DNA of 64,000 bases from Selaginella moellendorffii (lineage: Eukaryota; Plantae; Lycopodiophyta): NCBI RefSeq assembly GCF_000143415.4, contig NW_003314318.1, forward strand, positions 372,001 through 436,000, given 5' to 3'. Of the stretch, positions 41,501 through 52,963 are shown piece by piece. The notes beneath the pieces are model-generated. The model was not told the origin of the DNA, ran no database searches, and was given only the letters and a program-made list of their open reading frames with translations. Each line of letters starts with the position of its first letter. Within the stretch, counting starts at the first letter, position 1. The position numbers and the translations under genes were made by a program.

Positions 41501-43872
41501 ACAAGCAACTTATCCCCCGTAAGGGTATATCCAACTTCCCTATGTTATTAAGAAGTCTTGGGTAGCTACCTTCTACCCGTTTAACCAGTTATTCTGCACC
41601 TCTTGCTTAGTTGCCTCATAGTTGTCAAGTCCTACAACTCATTGCTTGGTGCTTTCACACCTCCATCATTATCTGGGTCACCACACTCCAACTGCATGCT
41701 CTGCAGCTTAGGCTATGCCATTCCCATTTCCATTGGGATTCCTTTGGCAAGGGGTTCTCATGAACCCACGAACATAGCCTCAAGGTATCACACCTTGGCA
41801 CATTTGGTGTCTCCACACCATCGGCTCCTCAAGCCTACCTCTAAGACACTTCCCCTTTGTGTCTAAGTCTTTGCCAAGACCAACACCGCTCTTTCTCATG
41901 CCAACCATCCGTTAGCACTGCACCATAGAGGTCACACACAACTTTGTGTCAAAGTTGTTTTCTTCTGGGAACACCTTTCCCATAACTTTAGCATGGCACA
42001 TTTTGCCATTGATGAGATACCCTCTGTTCTCATCCTTGGATCTTATGATCCCCCCCCCATCCTTTGTGGGGTACAACACACCTCAGTCCAAATGCTTCCA
42101 TCAGTCCTTTTAGGACCATCCGTTGACTCTACTTGAGTCATCCAGCAGTTTTGGACTTGGTTAATCCACAGACCCGTAAGGTCCTACTTGTGAGGCACTA
42201 GCTCACTGGAATACACTTCTTGCATTCCTGTCCTACTCAAAAGGACTATTTTCACAAGTGTTGCTCCGACACTTGATTTTGTTCTCTGGGGGCAACCTTT
42301 GCCCCTTAGGACTACTTGTCCATGTGATGAAAACACCAACTCATCCACTTAATATACCCCCAACTCCTTGGGTTGTTCCAGCATTTTTTTTTAGAGGTAG
42401 CCCCAGCTACCTTTTCAAGGACTTGAGTCCTCTTTCGTATTTGACCTCCCACGGTCATTACTTCTGGTCTCACATTCATGAGCACCAACCTCAACTATAT
42501 GAGGAAAATCTTGTGACTCCTTTATTGCTTTGGAGTCTTTATCTTTCCCGTGATCCCAACTGTAGTTGTTTACCATAACTACATTAGCTAGTTTGCTAAG
42601 TCAAACGCTCATCTGGATCACACCCTCAACTCTTTGAGGAAAACCATATACTGTTCCCAAGATCCCAAAGTCGTTCCATTATTGGCCCTTTTCTATCCAC
42701 CACCTCGTCTACAAGTTCACACATGAACTGTAATGGAGAGCCATGTCTTCCCGACTTGCTACTCCTCAAGGATAGGCCCACTCCTCGGACCTTCCGATGC
42801 CAACACTAGTGGTCATATACTTGAGCACCAATAAAAGTCGGACTAAGGAACAGCTCCGATACCAAATTGTAAGCGACTAAATTTTCCATTCTACTTTAGT
42901 CACTTAACCACACCTCTGACCACTTGGAGGAGTCTCATTCACAACCTCCATAAGTCCAATCCAGGACTTGGGACTTGCTAGCCCCGAAAATGGCATCCAT
43001 GCCACTCAACATTTGCACTTGGTCCAAGTGCTCCACGTGTCCGATCCCATGACCGACACTCAAAGGTACCACCGACATAGCAGCCCGTTACGCTAAGGCC
43101 ATGCCCAATCACCTTTGCCACACTGGTAGTCCGATACCACTTGCATCACAGTCTTGGCTCTCCAAGACTAGGCAAACCATCCGTGAGTGGTCATCTCAGA
43201 TCCACTCCTTAGCATCCTTAGGATGCCTGCCGACAAGGGGAATAGCCTTCCCCAATATCCCTCTGTCAGTCCCCACTAAGTCCCTTTCTGCCCCTGGCCG
43301 TGTTTGCCAACACTACCACTGGATCGAGACCCACAGGCCCAACCATTAAGTCCCACTGTCCTCTGGGACTTCCTCACCACACGACTGTGTCCTTGGTCAC
43401 TACCCCAGAGGACTGCTCCTCTTCCTTTCCACAGTCTGGGCCTTTGGGACAACATTTCGGAACACCGTGGCCTTACGCAAGCCATCTGGGTACTCTCCTC
43501 GCCTTCTGCCCTTGGGTGCTCTAGCCATGGGCTTAGAGCGAGGTTCCATTGAGCCACGCCTGGTGTCCAAGTAGGTAGTGCCACCCACACTTGGACTGGG
43601 AGCATCGGCCAGTCGATCTCCCGGGGGAACCAGAGCTGGCTCTTGAACACTTCACCAAGCTACCCCGCTTGTCGGTCTGTGTTCACTCTAGTCTTGGACT
43701 TCCCAGTGGGCAGCTCATCACCCAACACTGGGTCCGGCCTTCCTGGGCCAAACTGGCCTTTCCTGGCCAAACTGGCTCCACTGCAGTCCTCCCCCTACTA
43801 TACTTTTGGAGCTCACCAAACCCCCCAGGGTCTGGGAGACGAACGCTTTGGGCTTTCACCCTCTCAGGCTCC

Positions 43873-44487
43873 AGACTCGGACTCGGACTCGGACTCGGAC
43901 TCGGACTCGGACTCGGACTCGGACTCGGACTCGGATTCGGACTCGGACTCGGGCTCGGGCTCGGTCTCAGCCTCGGCCTCGGTCTCGGTCTCGGTCCCGA
44001 TCTCGGTCTCGGTCTCGGTCTCGGTCCCGGTCTCGGTCTCGGTCTCGACTTCGGACTCCATCTCGGACTCCATCTCGGACTCCATCTCGGACTCCGTCTT
44101 GGACTCCATCTCGGTCCATCTCGGGTCCATCTCGGACTCCATCTCGGACTCCATCTCGGGTCCATCTCGGACTCCATCTCGGACTCCATTTCGGGTCCAT
44201 CTCGGGTCCACCTCGGACTCCATCTCGGACTCCATCTCGGGTCCATCTCGGACTCCACTTCGGACTCCAACTCGGGTCCATCTCGGGTCCACCTCGGACT
44301 CCACTTCGGACTCCATCTCGGACTCCATCTCGGGTCCATCTCGGACTCCACTTCGGACTCCAACTCGGGTCCATCTCGGACTCCACTTCGGACTCCAACT
44401 CGGGTCCATCTCGGACTCCACTTCGGACTCCAACTCGGGTCCATCTCGGACTCCACTTCGGACTCCAACTCGAGTCCATCTCGGACA
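43873..44487. repeat. Same compound satellite array in the other LTR, with different unit numbers
   Basis: Directly visible; longer GACTCG and GTCTCG runs than in the first LTR. Confidence 0.95.
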
Positions 44488-44958
44488 CTCCCACGTGTCA
44501 TGTGTTGGTCCTTTTGGGTCCCTTTTTGGAGCCTTGCCTTTTGCTCGCTTCGTGCTCGTTCCTCGAGCACTTCGTTGGGAGTTCCACTCCCGCTCTTGAC
44601 TTTTCAAGTCGGAGCTTTTGGTCCAAACGTGTTACGCTCGTTTGGCTCTCGCTTCGGCCACTACCATGTGGCGCCCTTCTGGCTCCACTTTGGGGCCTAG
44701 GGATTTTGTGTCTCACAGGAGGTTGATGCTGCTGCTACTCGAGTACAAGGACAAGGGCAAGGATGTGGTCATGGCCGTGATATTCACTATTAGGCATGTG
44801 ATGAAGTTGGTCACACTTACCGGCATTGTCAGCATTTTCCAGATTGGCAACCTCTATTTCCTGGGTGGAGACTTTAGCATTAATAATGTCTTGTTGGTGT
44901 TGCTGCAGTGGAAGGTCTGGACACCAAGATACATCCGGGAAATAAGAAGTAACGGAGG

Positions 44959-45320
44959 GACCTTGCGCAAATAAGTCAGTGACCCTTTCATCTTTCTTTC
45001 GGGAGTATCATCAAGGGGTTCACTCGGCACCGGTTCATTTAGTGTTTACTTTCCAAACTCGTTTTTATAACAATAGGTATCCTATTATTCTCTTCATGAT
45101 ACAGGGTTCGAGTTTATCTTCTATTGCTCAGAATGACTAGGTCAAGCAATAGAAGATAAATTCAAACCTATATCAACTAACACAGAGAGAATAATAGAAG
45201 ACTTATTGTTATAAAAACGAGCTTGGAAAGTAAATACTAGATGAATCGGTGTCGAGTGAACCCCTTAATGATACTCTTGAAAGAAAGATGAAGGGGTCAC
45301 TAATTTATTTGCGCAAGGTC
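44959..45320. repeat. 362 bp foldback inverted repeat made of the Gypsy gag-protease segment
   Basis: The left arm gaccttgcgcaaataagtcagtgaccc...tttatcttctattgct pairs with the right arm agcaatagaagataaa...gggtcactaatttatttgcgcaaggtc, with a ~16 nt loop near 45129-45144. Confidence 0.9.
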
Positions 45321-48095
45321 TTGTTGCCACACATTGCCATCTACATTTGCATCATGCAGTGAAACTAGTTTTCATTCTTTATAATAACGACCGTACACAT
45401 GCATGTGCGCGGGATGAGGTAGACCTGATTGTGCGTGTGGGCAATTTCAAGCTTGGGTTGCAGCCATTGTAGGTGGTGTTGAGTCAAACTTTTGATCTAA
45501 TCCTTGGTATGGATTGGTTGTAATGCAATCATGCCAAGTGTGACTTTCAGGCTTCCCCCTTGTCTCATACTTCTTTATATTTCATCCATTCCTCTCACTT
45601 TTGTACCTCTTCATCCCTCTACTTCTACTTTTGCTTCAATTACTTTTGTCCCCCCACTATTTCCTCCTATGTTTCTATCTTGTTTTGCTCTTCCCTTTTC
45701 CGATCCCTCTGACAATTTTTGCATTGTAGTAGTTGACCAGTTCATGAAGGAGTATTTTGATCTCTTTGAATTTAACCTATTGTCTGGGGCCAAGATTGCC
45801 ATACGTCATCCAATTTCAACCGGGGATGCTTGTTCAATCAAGGTTCCTGTTCATCGTCAGTCACCCAAAGAGATCAAGATTTTACGTGCAAACATGAAAG
45901 AGATGTTGAAGAAGGGTGTTATTCAGAAGTTGCAGAGTCCTTAGGCATGTGAATCTCATCTTGTGACGAAGTCTGATAGAAGTATTAATTTTTGCATTGA
46001 CTATTGTTTAGTAAATGAAATGACAATCCCAGATGTGTACCCTCTTCCTCACATTGCTGATCTCTTAGATCATCTGGGGTGAAGTCATTACTTCACCAAG
46101 CTAGATTTTGCTTTTGGGTACTAACAAGTGCTGATGGCTGAAGAAGATATTCCTAAGACTGCTTTTCATATATCATTTAGTTTGTACGAGTTCTTGGTGA
46201 TGCTGTTTAATTTGAACAATGCTTTAGCAACTTTTCAGCGGATGATAGATGAGGTTCTTTGTGATATGCTGGAGGTGATTGCTGACTTCATTGATGATGT
46301 CTTGATCCACTCGGAGGGGATGTGGGAGGGGCACATTCATGATATTTGTAAAGTGTTGAATCGGCTACGGGACGTTGGTTTAAAACTGAAGTGGTCGAAG
46401 TACGTGTTTGGGTCTAAGGACACAACTTATCTTGGGTATTGTATTTCTCGTGAGGGTTTGCAAGTTGATCTTGACAAAATTGTAGCTATTCTAAAGTTCC
46501 TTACTCCAAAGTGTGTGAATGATGTGAAGCACTTCCTAGGCAAGGTGCAATATATTGGCCATTTTATGGATCATTTTTCTGATCACACTACACCGTTGCG
46601 AACATTGCTAAAGTCATTAACGTCATCTTTCATTTAGTCTCCAGAATGTGAGTAGGAATTTGTGGATTTCAAAGAGTTATTGACAACTACTCTAGTTTTG
46701 GCATATCGTGACTACACTCAACTTTTTATTTTGTGCGTGAATGCTTTTCATATTGATCTTGGAGATATGTTGATGCAAGAGAGCTTGAGTGTGTTTGGTT
46801 AGCACTATCCCATTGTGTATATAAATTGTACATTACAACCAACAGAGGTGAACTACTCCATGATAGAGAAGGAGTGTTTAGTAGTAGTCTGGGCTTTCGA
46901 GAAACTTTATGCATATCTACATGGTTCTCAAATGTTACTTGAAGGTGATCATGCTGCCCTTACTTCATTATTGAAGTGAAAGAACTTGGTTAGTTGTACT
47001 TCTCGATAGGCTTTGAAACTTTAGATATATGATTTTGATGTTGTTCATCGCTCAAGGAGTTTTATGGTTAATGTTGATGCCCTTTCTTGAGCTCCTCTTT
47101 CTTTTCCACTCTCTTCTTATGTTTCTGATGAGCCTGTTATTCTGGCATCTGTGGATTTTTATAAATGAGGATTCTATACCGTTGGCGGTTGCTATACTTA
47201 ACGTTCAATGTCGACAAGGTATAGAGCAAGATTTAGCTTCTCTTTGATGAGATTCGCGAGGCTCAAAAGCTTAAGCCATGGATTTGAAGGCTTCGAGATG
47301 GGTTTGAGAATCCTACATCACTTGCTAATGACTTATCATTTTGGCATTTACATTTTTAGTATCACCTTGAAGACAACCTTCTTTATTTTGTGGGGATGAA
47401 TCCTAATGATCCTTTACGACTGATGGTGCCTTCTGACTTTGTTCCACGGTTTCTCCATGCCTACCATAATTCTCCTATTCTAGGCGGGCATATAGGACAT
47501 CGTCATGTGACCGAGAACCTGTGCAAGTCTTTCTATTGGCCAAAGATGTGATGTAATGTTATCCTATATGTGTGTTGCTATGTTTGGTGCCAAACTCATA
47601 ATACTCCCCTTCGTGCTGTGGAAGAACGGTTGGAGTCAATTGCAGTTTCCTGTCCATTTAAGTTGGTGGCATTTGATCTTATTTCCATAATTGATTATTG
47701 GCAATAAATATGTTATTATTGTTTTTGATTATTTAACTCGTTGGATGGAAGTTGATGCTTTTACTAGTGCCTCTGCAACTGCTATTGGATACTTTCTTCT
47801 CAATCGAGGGGTGTTTCAGCATTTTTGTCCGAAGCAAATTCTTTTCAATAATGGTCCCACATTTATGGTTGAGGCATTTCATGTTTTGACATCTTGGTTG
47901 GGGATACACCCCACTTTCACGAGTACTTATCATCCACAGTCAAACGGTTTGGTGGAATGGCTCATTTGGACATTCAAAGGAATCATCACGAAGTACATGA
48001 ACTTTTAGCATTTAGATTGGGATGGTTATTTGCCATCTCTTCGGTATGCATATGTCACAGGGCTGCAGAGTTCTGTTGGTGCTTCACCATATAAA

Positions 48096-48711
48096 TGTAA
48101 GGAACCAACTCGCCGAGGTGTCGTAGGCTAAAGGAACCCCGAAAGCATGACCAAAATGACAAAGAGTTCATCGGATGGGACCAAGTCGAAAATCGAGTCC
48201 AAGACCGACTCGGAGACCGAGTTCGAGATAGAGTCCGGAATCGAGTCCGAGACCGACTCGGGGACCGAGTTCGAGACCAAGTTCGAGACCGAGTTCGAGA
48301 TGGAGTCCGAGATCCGAAATCGGGTCCGAGACCGAGTCCGAGGTCGAGTCCGAGGTCGGGTCCGAGATCGGGTCCGAGATCGAGTCCGAGATCGAGTCCG
48401 AGGTCGGGTCCGAGATCGGGTCCGAGATCGAGTCCGAGATCGAGTCCGAGACCGAATCCGAAGTCGGATCCGAAATCAAGTCCGAGATCGAGCCAGAGAC
48501 TAAGTCCAAATACTAATACGGGTCAAGGGGTGAAAGCCCAAAGCATGTGTCTCCCGGGGGGGGGGGGGGGGGGGGGGGGGAGTTTTTTTTTCCGGGGTTC
48601 CAAAAGTATAGTAAGGATAGTGAGGTCCAAGAACCATGTTTTGAAGGGACTCTCCAGTGGGGCTTCCAAACCGACTTGAGGTTGAGACTAGGACCCGAGG
48701 GGCCTTGGGTG
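48096..48711 (+). mobile_element. Start of another LTR related to the nested element (opposite orientation), truncated by an assembly gap
   Basis: Begins TGTAAG exactly where similarity to the 34 kb integrase paralogue breaks (tataaa|). Contains (CGAGTC/CGAGAT)n arrays and gggtgaaagcccaaagc...ccaaaagtatagta, which is the reverse complement of 37920-37986. Confidence 0.8.
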
Positions 48712-50487
48712 NNNNNNNNNNNNNNNNNNNNNNNNNNNNNNNNNNNNNNNNNNNNNNNNNNNNNNNNNNNNNNNNNNNNNNNNNNNNNNNNNNNNNNNNN
48801 NNNNNNNNNNNNNNNNNNNNNNNNNNNNNNNNNNNNNNNNNNNNNNNNNNNNNNNNNNNNNNNNNNNNNNNNNNNAGGGGGTAGAAAATAATAGTTGTAG
48901 TAATGATATGCAAACACTTGTTAAAATGATATTAAATTTTCAAAAGAATAGAAGAAACAGTATAGATATATTTCATTTTAGATTTTCTTCTTTTTGATTT
49001 CCTTTTTTCATTTCATATTTTCCCAAGCTTCATTAAAAATATTTTTTCAAAGTTAAATATTCAGAAGTATATGCAGATTAAACTCTATATAAGTTTGACA
49101 CTTTTTTCTTTTTCAAAGTATATTTCAAACTTTTCAAATAAATATTTAAAATAATGAAAAGTGCTAAAGTTTATTTCATTATTAATATGAAGTTTAAAAC
49201 TTTTTCTATTTCATCATGAATCATTTAAAAGTTGTTATATTAAAATATTTTTATATATTTATTTATAAAAAGTTATCAAGCTTTGGATTTTATTTATTTT
49301 TGGGATAAAATATATTAATTGCAATTGAAATAAATAACTACATTAAAATTTGATCAATTTTACTATTTTTTACTATGGGTCACTTAAAATTTTAACTATT
49401 TCTTATATGATCGTTTAGTTTTTATGTAGTGATTCATTTATAGATACAATCACATTTCTAACATAGATGTCAGGAAAATATAATTGTAAAAAAACTTTAA
49501 TTGAAAATTGAATTTTTTTGCTTTAAGCTATATGTAATTTTTAAAAAACTTTTTGTATCTCTAGTACTTTTGTAGTTTAGAGATAACTTTAATATTAGAA
49601 AATAGCATCCATTAATATAATATTATTTACAAAGATTAAAAAAAACTATAAAATATTTCAACACAAACCCACTCTGATCAAAAAGTTTCATTATTATTTC
49701 TCTTAGAGACCACTTTATATTTTTTGTGATCGTTGGATTTCTTTCTTGGTTGCCAAAACTCTTCATTATAGTTGATGTATATGGAAATTTGAAAAAATAT
49801 TAAAACTAGATATTAAATAATTAAAATTTTAGATGAGAAAATATAACTTTAAAATTATGATTTCAATTTTAAGTCACAAACAATGACTTGATTTTGAGTT
49901 AAAACTTTCAATTTAAAATTCAATTGAATTAATTTTTGTTTTTATATAAATATTGTCAATATAATTAATCTTTATTTATAGTCTTGTTCAATAGATTTCC
50001 ATAAGTAATCAAGCACCATTAAATAATTTTATAAGACTTATCAAACTTTGTAAATTTTAGAAGGAGACAAAATGGTAGCATATAACATTCAAAACATATT
50101 AACTTTTGTTATTTGATTTAAAATACATGAACTTTACTACTTGATTTAATGGAGTTTTTTTTAAGATTCAAAATTTAATAAAAGTTATAAAAAAAACATA
50201 CCACAAAAAAAAGGAAATTGGTTCACCCTAGATAATATGGCATCTAAGGTCTGGTAAATTAACCTCGAAACTTACTGACAATTTTGAAAGATATAGTGCT
50301 ACAGATTATTAAAATTAACCATAAGGATTAGAGATGGGCACGCCCATCTAGCTAGAGCAACTTGTCAACAAACTCAGTATCACTTGTCTTTCCAACAACT
50401 ACAACCAGAGCAAAAACTTTGGAGAGTAAGGCCTAATTTGTTTTAGTTAAGTTTGCTGACAACAAAACGAAGTAAAAATGATACACA

Positions 50488-50627
50488 AAGTGTAACAAGG
50501 CCAAAGAGCTGGAGATACCAAGTGTAACAAGGCCAAAGAGCTGGAGATACCAAGTGTAACAAGGCCAAAGAGCTGGAGATACCAAGTGTAACAAGGCCAA
50601 AGAGCTGGAGATACCAAGTGTAACAAG
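50488..50627. repeat. Perfect 32-bp tandem repeat, about 4.4 copies
   Basis: Unit AAGTGTAACAAGGCCAAAGAGCTGGAGATACC, head-to-tail, no spacers, 12 bp beyond the pseudouridine synthase stop codon. Confidence 0.95.
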
Positions 50628-50639
50628 TTATAGATTGTC

Positions 50640-52300
50640 TTACACAAGGCATGCATTTCGCTGTTTCTTCCAGTCTAACCACGCATCACGGAGAGAGCTT
50701 ACATCTGGCTCGGGGAGATAACAATACGAGTCCATTGCTTCGCACCACTTGTTCCAAGGATCCCTCTCACTCTTCATGGCCTTGACAATCTCCAGGAAAA
50801 CGTGGTCTTTCCAAAAGGCCTCCCTTCTTTGGCATCCGAGGCTACTCAAGTTGATGGCATGAGATGTACTGTGTTGGGAACAAAACTTACTTGAGGCGAG
50901 TGTGAGGCCTTCACAAGGTGCTATTGGCAGGACAATCCGTGAATGCCTGCAGAGAGACATTTGGATTATGTCCGGAGGTAGCAACTTTCGGGTCACAGCA
51001 ACAGCCGTTCCGATCATTTTTCGTATCTGCAAGAGTTTCCAGATTTCTAAACAAAAACGAAACCGAAAATAGGAAAGAAGGTGCGTACCTGGTGAACCAT
51101 GAAAGAAGCGCCCGTAACACTGACTCTGAGGGCAAGCGTGTCTCCGAACTTTTCTATATCACCACAAGAGCACCTGATGATCTTTCTGTAATGTTGTGAC
51201 GTGATCCTGTCTGTCGGATCCAGTTCCTGCAGCCAGTATGCAGGACTAGGCTTCTGTTGGACCCGAAGCCGTGGCTCGTCGGCATCTCCATCCTCGTCTT
51301 CTTCTTCTGAAGAAGAAGAATTATCCGCCGCTATGGGAGTTCTCGTACGCCAGTTGAGATCTTGTTGTTTTGGTTTTCCATAATTGCGCCGTATAGTGTA
51401 GTTGTGAAACGGATGCTCGCCCTGTAACAGGAGAAGTTCGCTTTCACAGAGAAAGAATGCGTCAATTTTAAACAACGCACCTCAAACAGCTTTAGCTGGA
51501 GCCTGAACTGTTCCAGGAGTTGTTTAATCTCACAAGTGGATACCCTTTGATTGATTCCCACGCACAGCGCCGGAAGGAAGTAGTCGTAAGACCTTTCAGA
51601 GCATGCCATCCTGGGACGAAAAGTTCTGCAAACAAGTCGCAAGCTACACTCTTAAACAAAAGTAAACAAACAAAGAAAACCCAAAACTAACTTGCTTACT
51701 GGGACGACTCCAAAAACGCGTATACATTGTGGAAGATGGCGATTTATCCTGTCCGCGATCTCGATTCCACCAGGATCGTCTCTCCAAGCATCTATAGGCA
51801 GCTCCATTTTCAGGGATATCACTGTAGCTAGTGAATGCACCTAAAGAAAAACGATAGGAAACGAGCACGAAGAGCAAAGCTCAAAAGAGAGTTACGTACC
51901 CCCTTGTCAGTTCTACTGCTTCTCGCCCAACCGACCTTCATATGGTGGCCGTAGTTGCTGTCGAGAATCCCTCCAGCCTTGTAAATCGCTTTGTCTAGAT
52001 CGGCCTCTATGGCTGTCAAGGAACTATTGAGAGCACTAAGCTCCAAGAACAAGGAACAATGACTTGAGAACTTACTTGGATGATCTCCATGAAGTTGCAA
52101 GCCTTGAGAGGAAGAACAATACAAACAAAGGCTCAAACATTGGAAGAACGTCAAAAGAAAAACTTGCCTTTGTAGCCTGTTCCAACGTATCCAATCCACA
52201 TTGCGACCTTCTTCTTCCTCGTAGCGCCACAATCCGGATTACTGAGCGCGGCCAATGCGCCGCTGCTGAAGCGCCTGCCAAAAATTCCAGCTCTCGCCAT
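50640..52300 (-). CDS. tRNA pseudouridine synthase (TruA/PUS1 family), multi-exon
   Basis: KKKVAMWIGYVGTGYKG, catalytic motif WARSSRTDKGVHS, INRHLPQCIRVFG, RSYDYFLP, FEGEHPFHNYT, GASFMVHQIRKMIG, LPIAPCEGL. Confidence 0.93.
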
Positions 52301-52963
52301 CGCTCCTGGAGATCGGGAGAGAAATGTAGGCTAGGCGATCACGATTGAGAGATTCTAGCTTACCGGCAAGCGCCAATCCGGGAGGAACCGCGCTTTCCAT
52401 CGACTCGATCGAGAGAGAGAGAGGAATAGGGTTTTAGCCACAATGAGAAGAATATACTCTGCGCGGAAAAAAGTATTTTACACTGTTCCTAAAATTTACC
52501 GCGTTGAGAACTCCGTTGGGGTCTCCTACGGCATTGCACGAGGTCGCATTGGCGCTCCGCGTTCCAGCAAATCTAGGGAAGGTCTTGCCGTTTCTGGGTA
52601 GAGCTTGAATCGGCGATTTCTTGCATCTTTCTAGCGGGATTTCGCTTTTCTTGGAGCCTGTTCTTGCTCTGGCTTGGGGGAATCTCTGGCGCTCTGGCGC
52701 CCAGGCGCTGATCGAAGAAACCCCGGGGATTGCGCGGCATTCTGGTTTTCTTGGTGGATTTCGAGCTCCGGGCGGCCTTGGGGGGGTGGATCGATCGATC
52801 GATCGCTGCGCGTTAGAGCGTAATATCGATCCACAACGCGGGTAGCAGCAAGCGTGACGGGAGTAGCTAGCTGACTTTTTCCAAAGTGATCGAAGCATTT
52901 ACGCTGTCCGCGGTGCTTTCGTCGCCGAGACCCTAGGGCGGGATTCATGCGAGCTCTTCCGGC

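Larger units (their letters stand above)
36992..44717 (-). mobile_element. Young nested LTR retroelement, 7.7 kb, non-autonomous (no intact ORF)
   Basis: Direct LTRs 36992-38810 and 42868-44717 (TG...CA). Exact GGAGG target duplication at 36987-36991 and 44718-44722. Minus-strand PBS TGGTATCGGAGC (42853-42864) and purine-rich PPT-like GGGTGGTGGAGT (38811-38822). Confidence 0.95.
36392..48095 (+). mobile_element. Decayed Ty3/Gypsy retrotransposon (gag-PR-RT-RNaseH-INT) hosting nested insertions; its own LTRs not delimited
   Basis: gag-like 36392-36991 ends PGPMEV and resumes at 44718 with a degenerate zinc knuckle (ACDEVGHTYRHC). Protease DTG and LILGMDWL, RT (FCIDY, VYPLPHI, KTAF, ATFQR, FIDDVLI), RNaseH, integrase (NNGPTF, YHPQSNGLVE). 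Domain order is Gypsy; stops and frameshifts throughout. Confidence 0.9.

Noticed and set aside
48556-48581. Long poly-G run as a G-quadruplex or regulatory element
   Set aside because: It lies near a contig end, and the homologous LTR position has short runs; probably low-quality sequence.
48876-50400. Very AT-rich 1.5 kb tract (also 25500-26100)
   Set aside because: No termini, repeats or ORFs found; treated as ordinary intergenic DNA.
50488-50627. CRISPR-like 32-bp repeats
   Set aside because: Units are head-to-tail with no spacers, there are no cas genes, and the context is eukaryotic.
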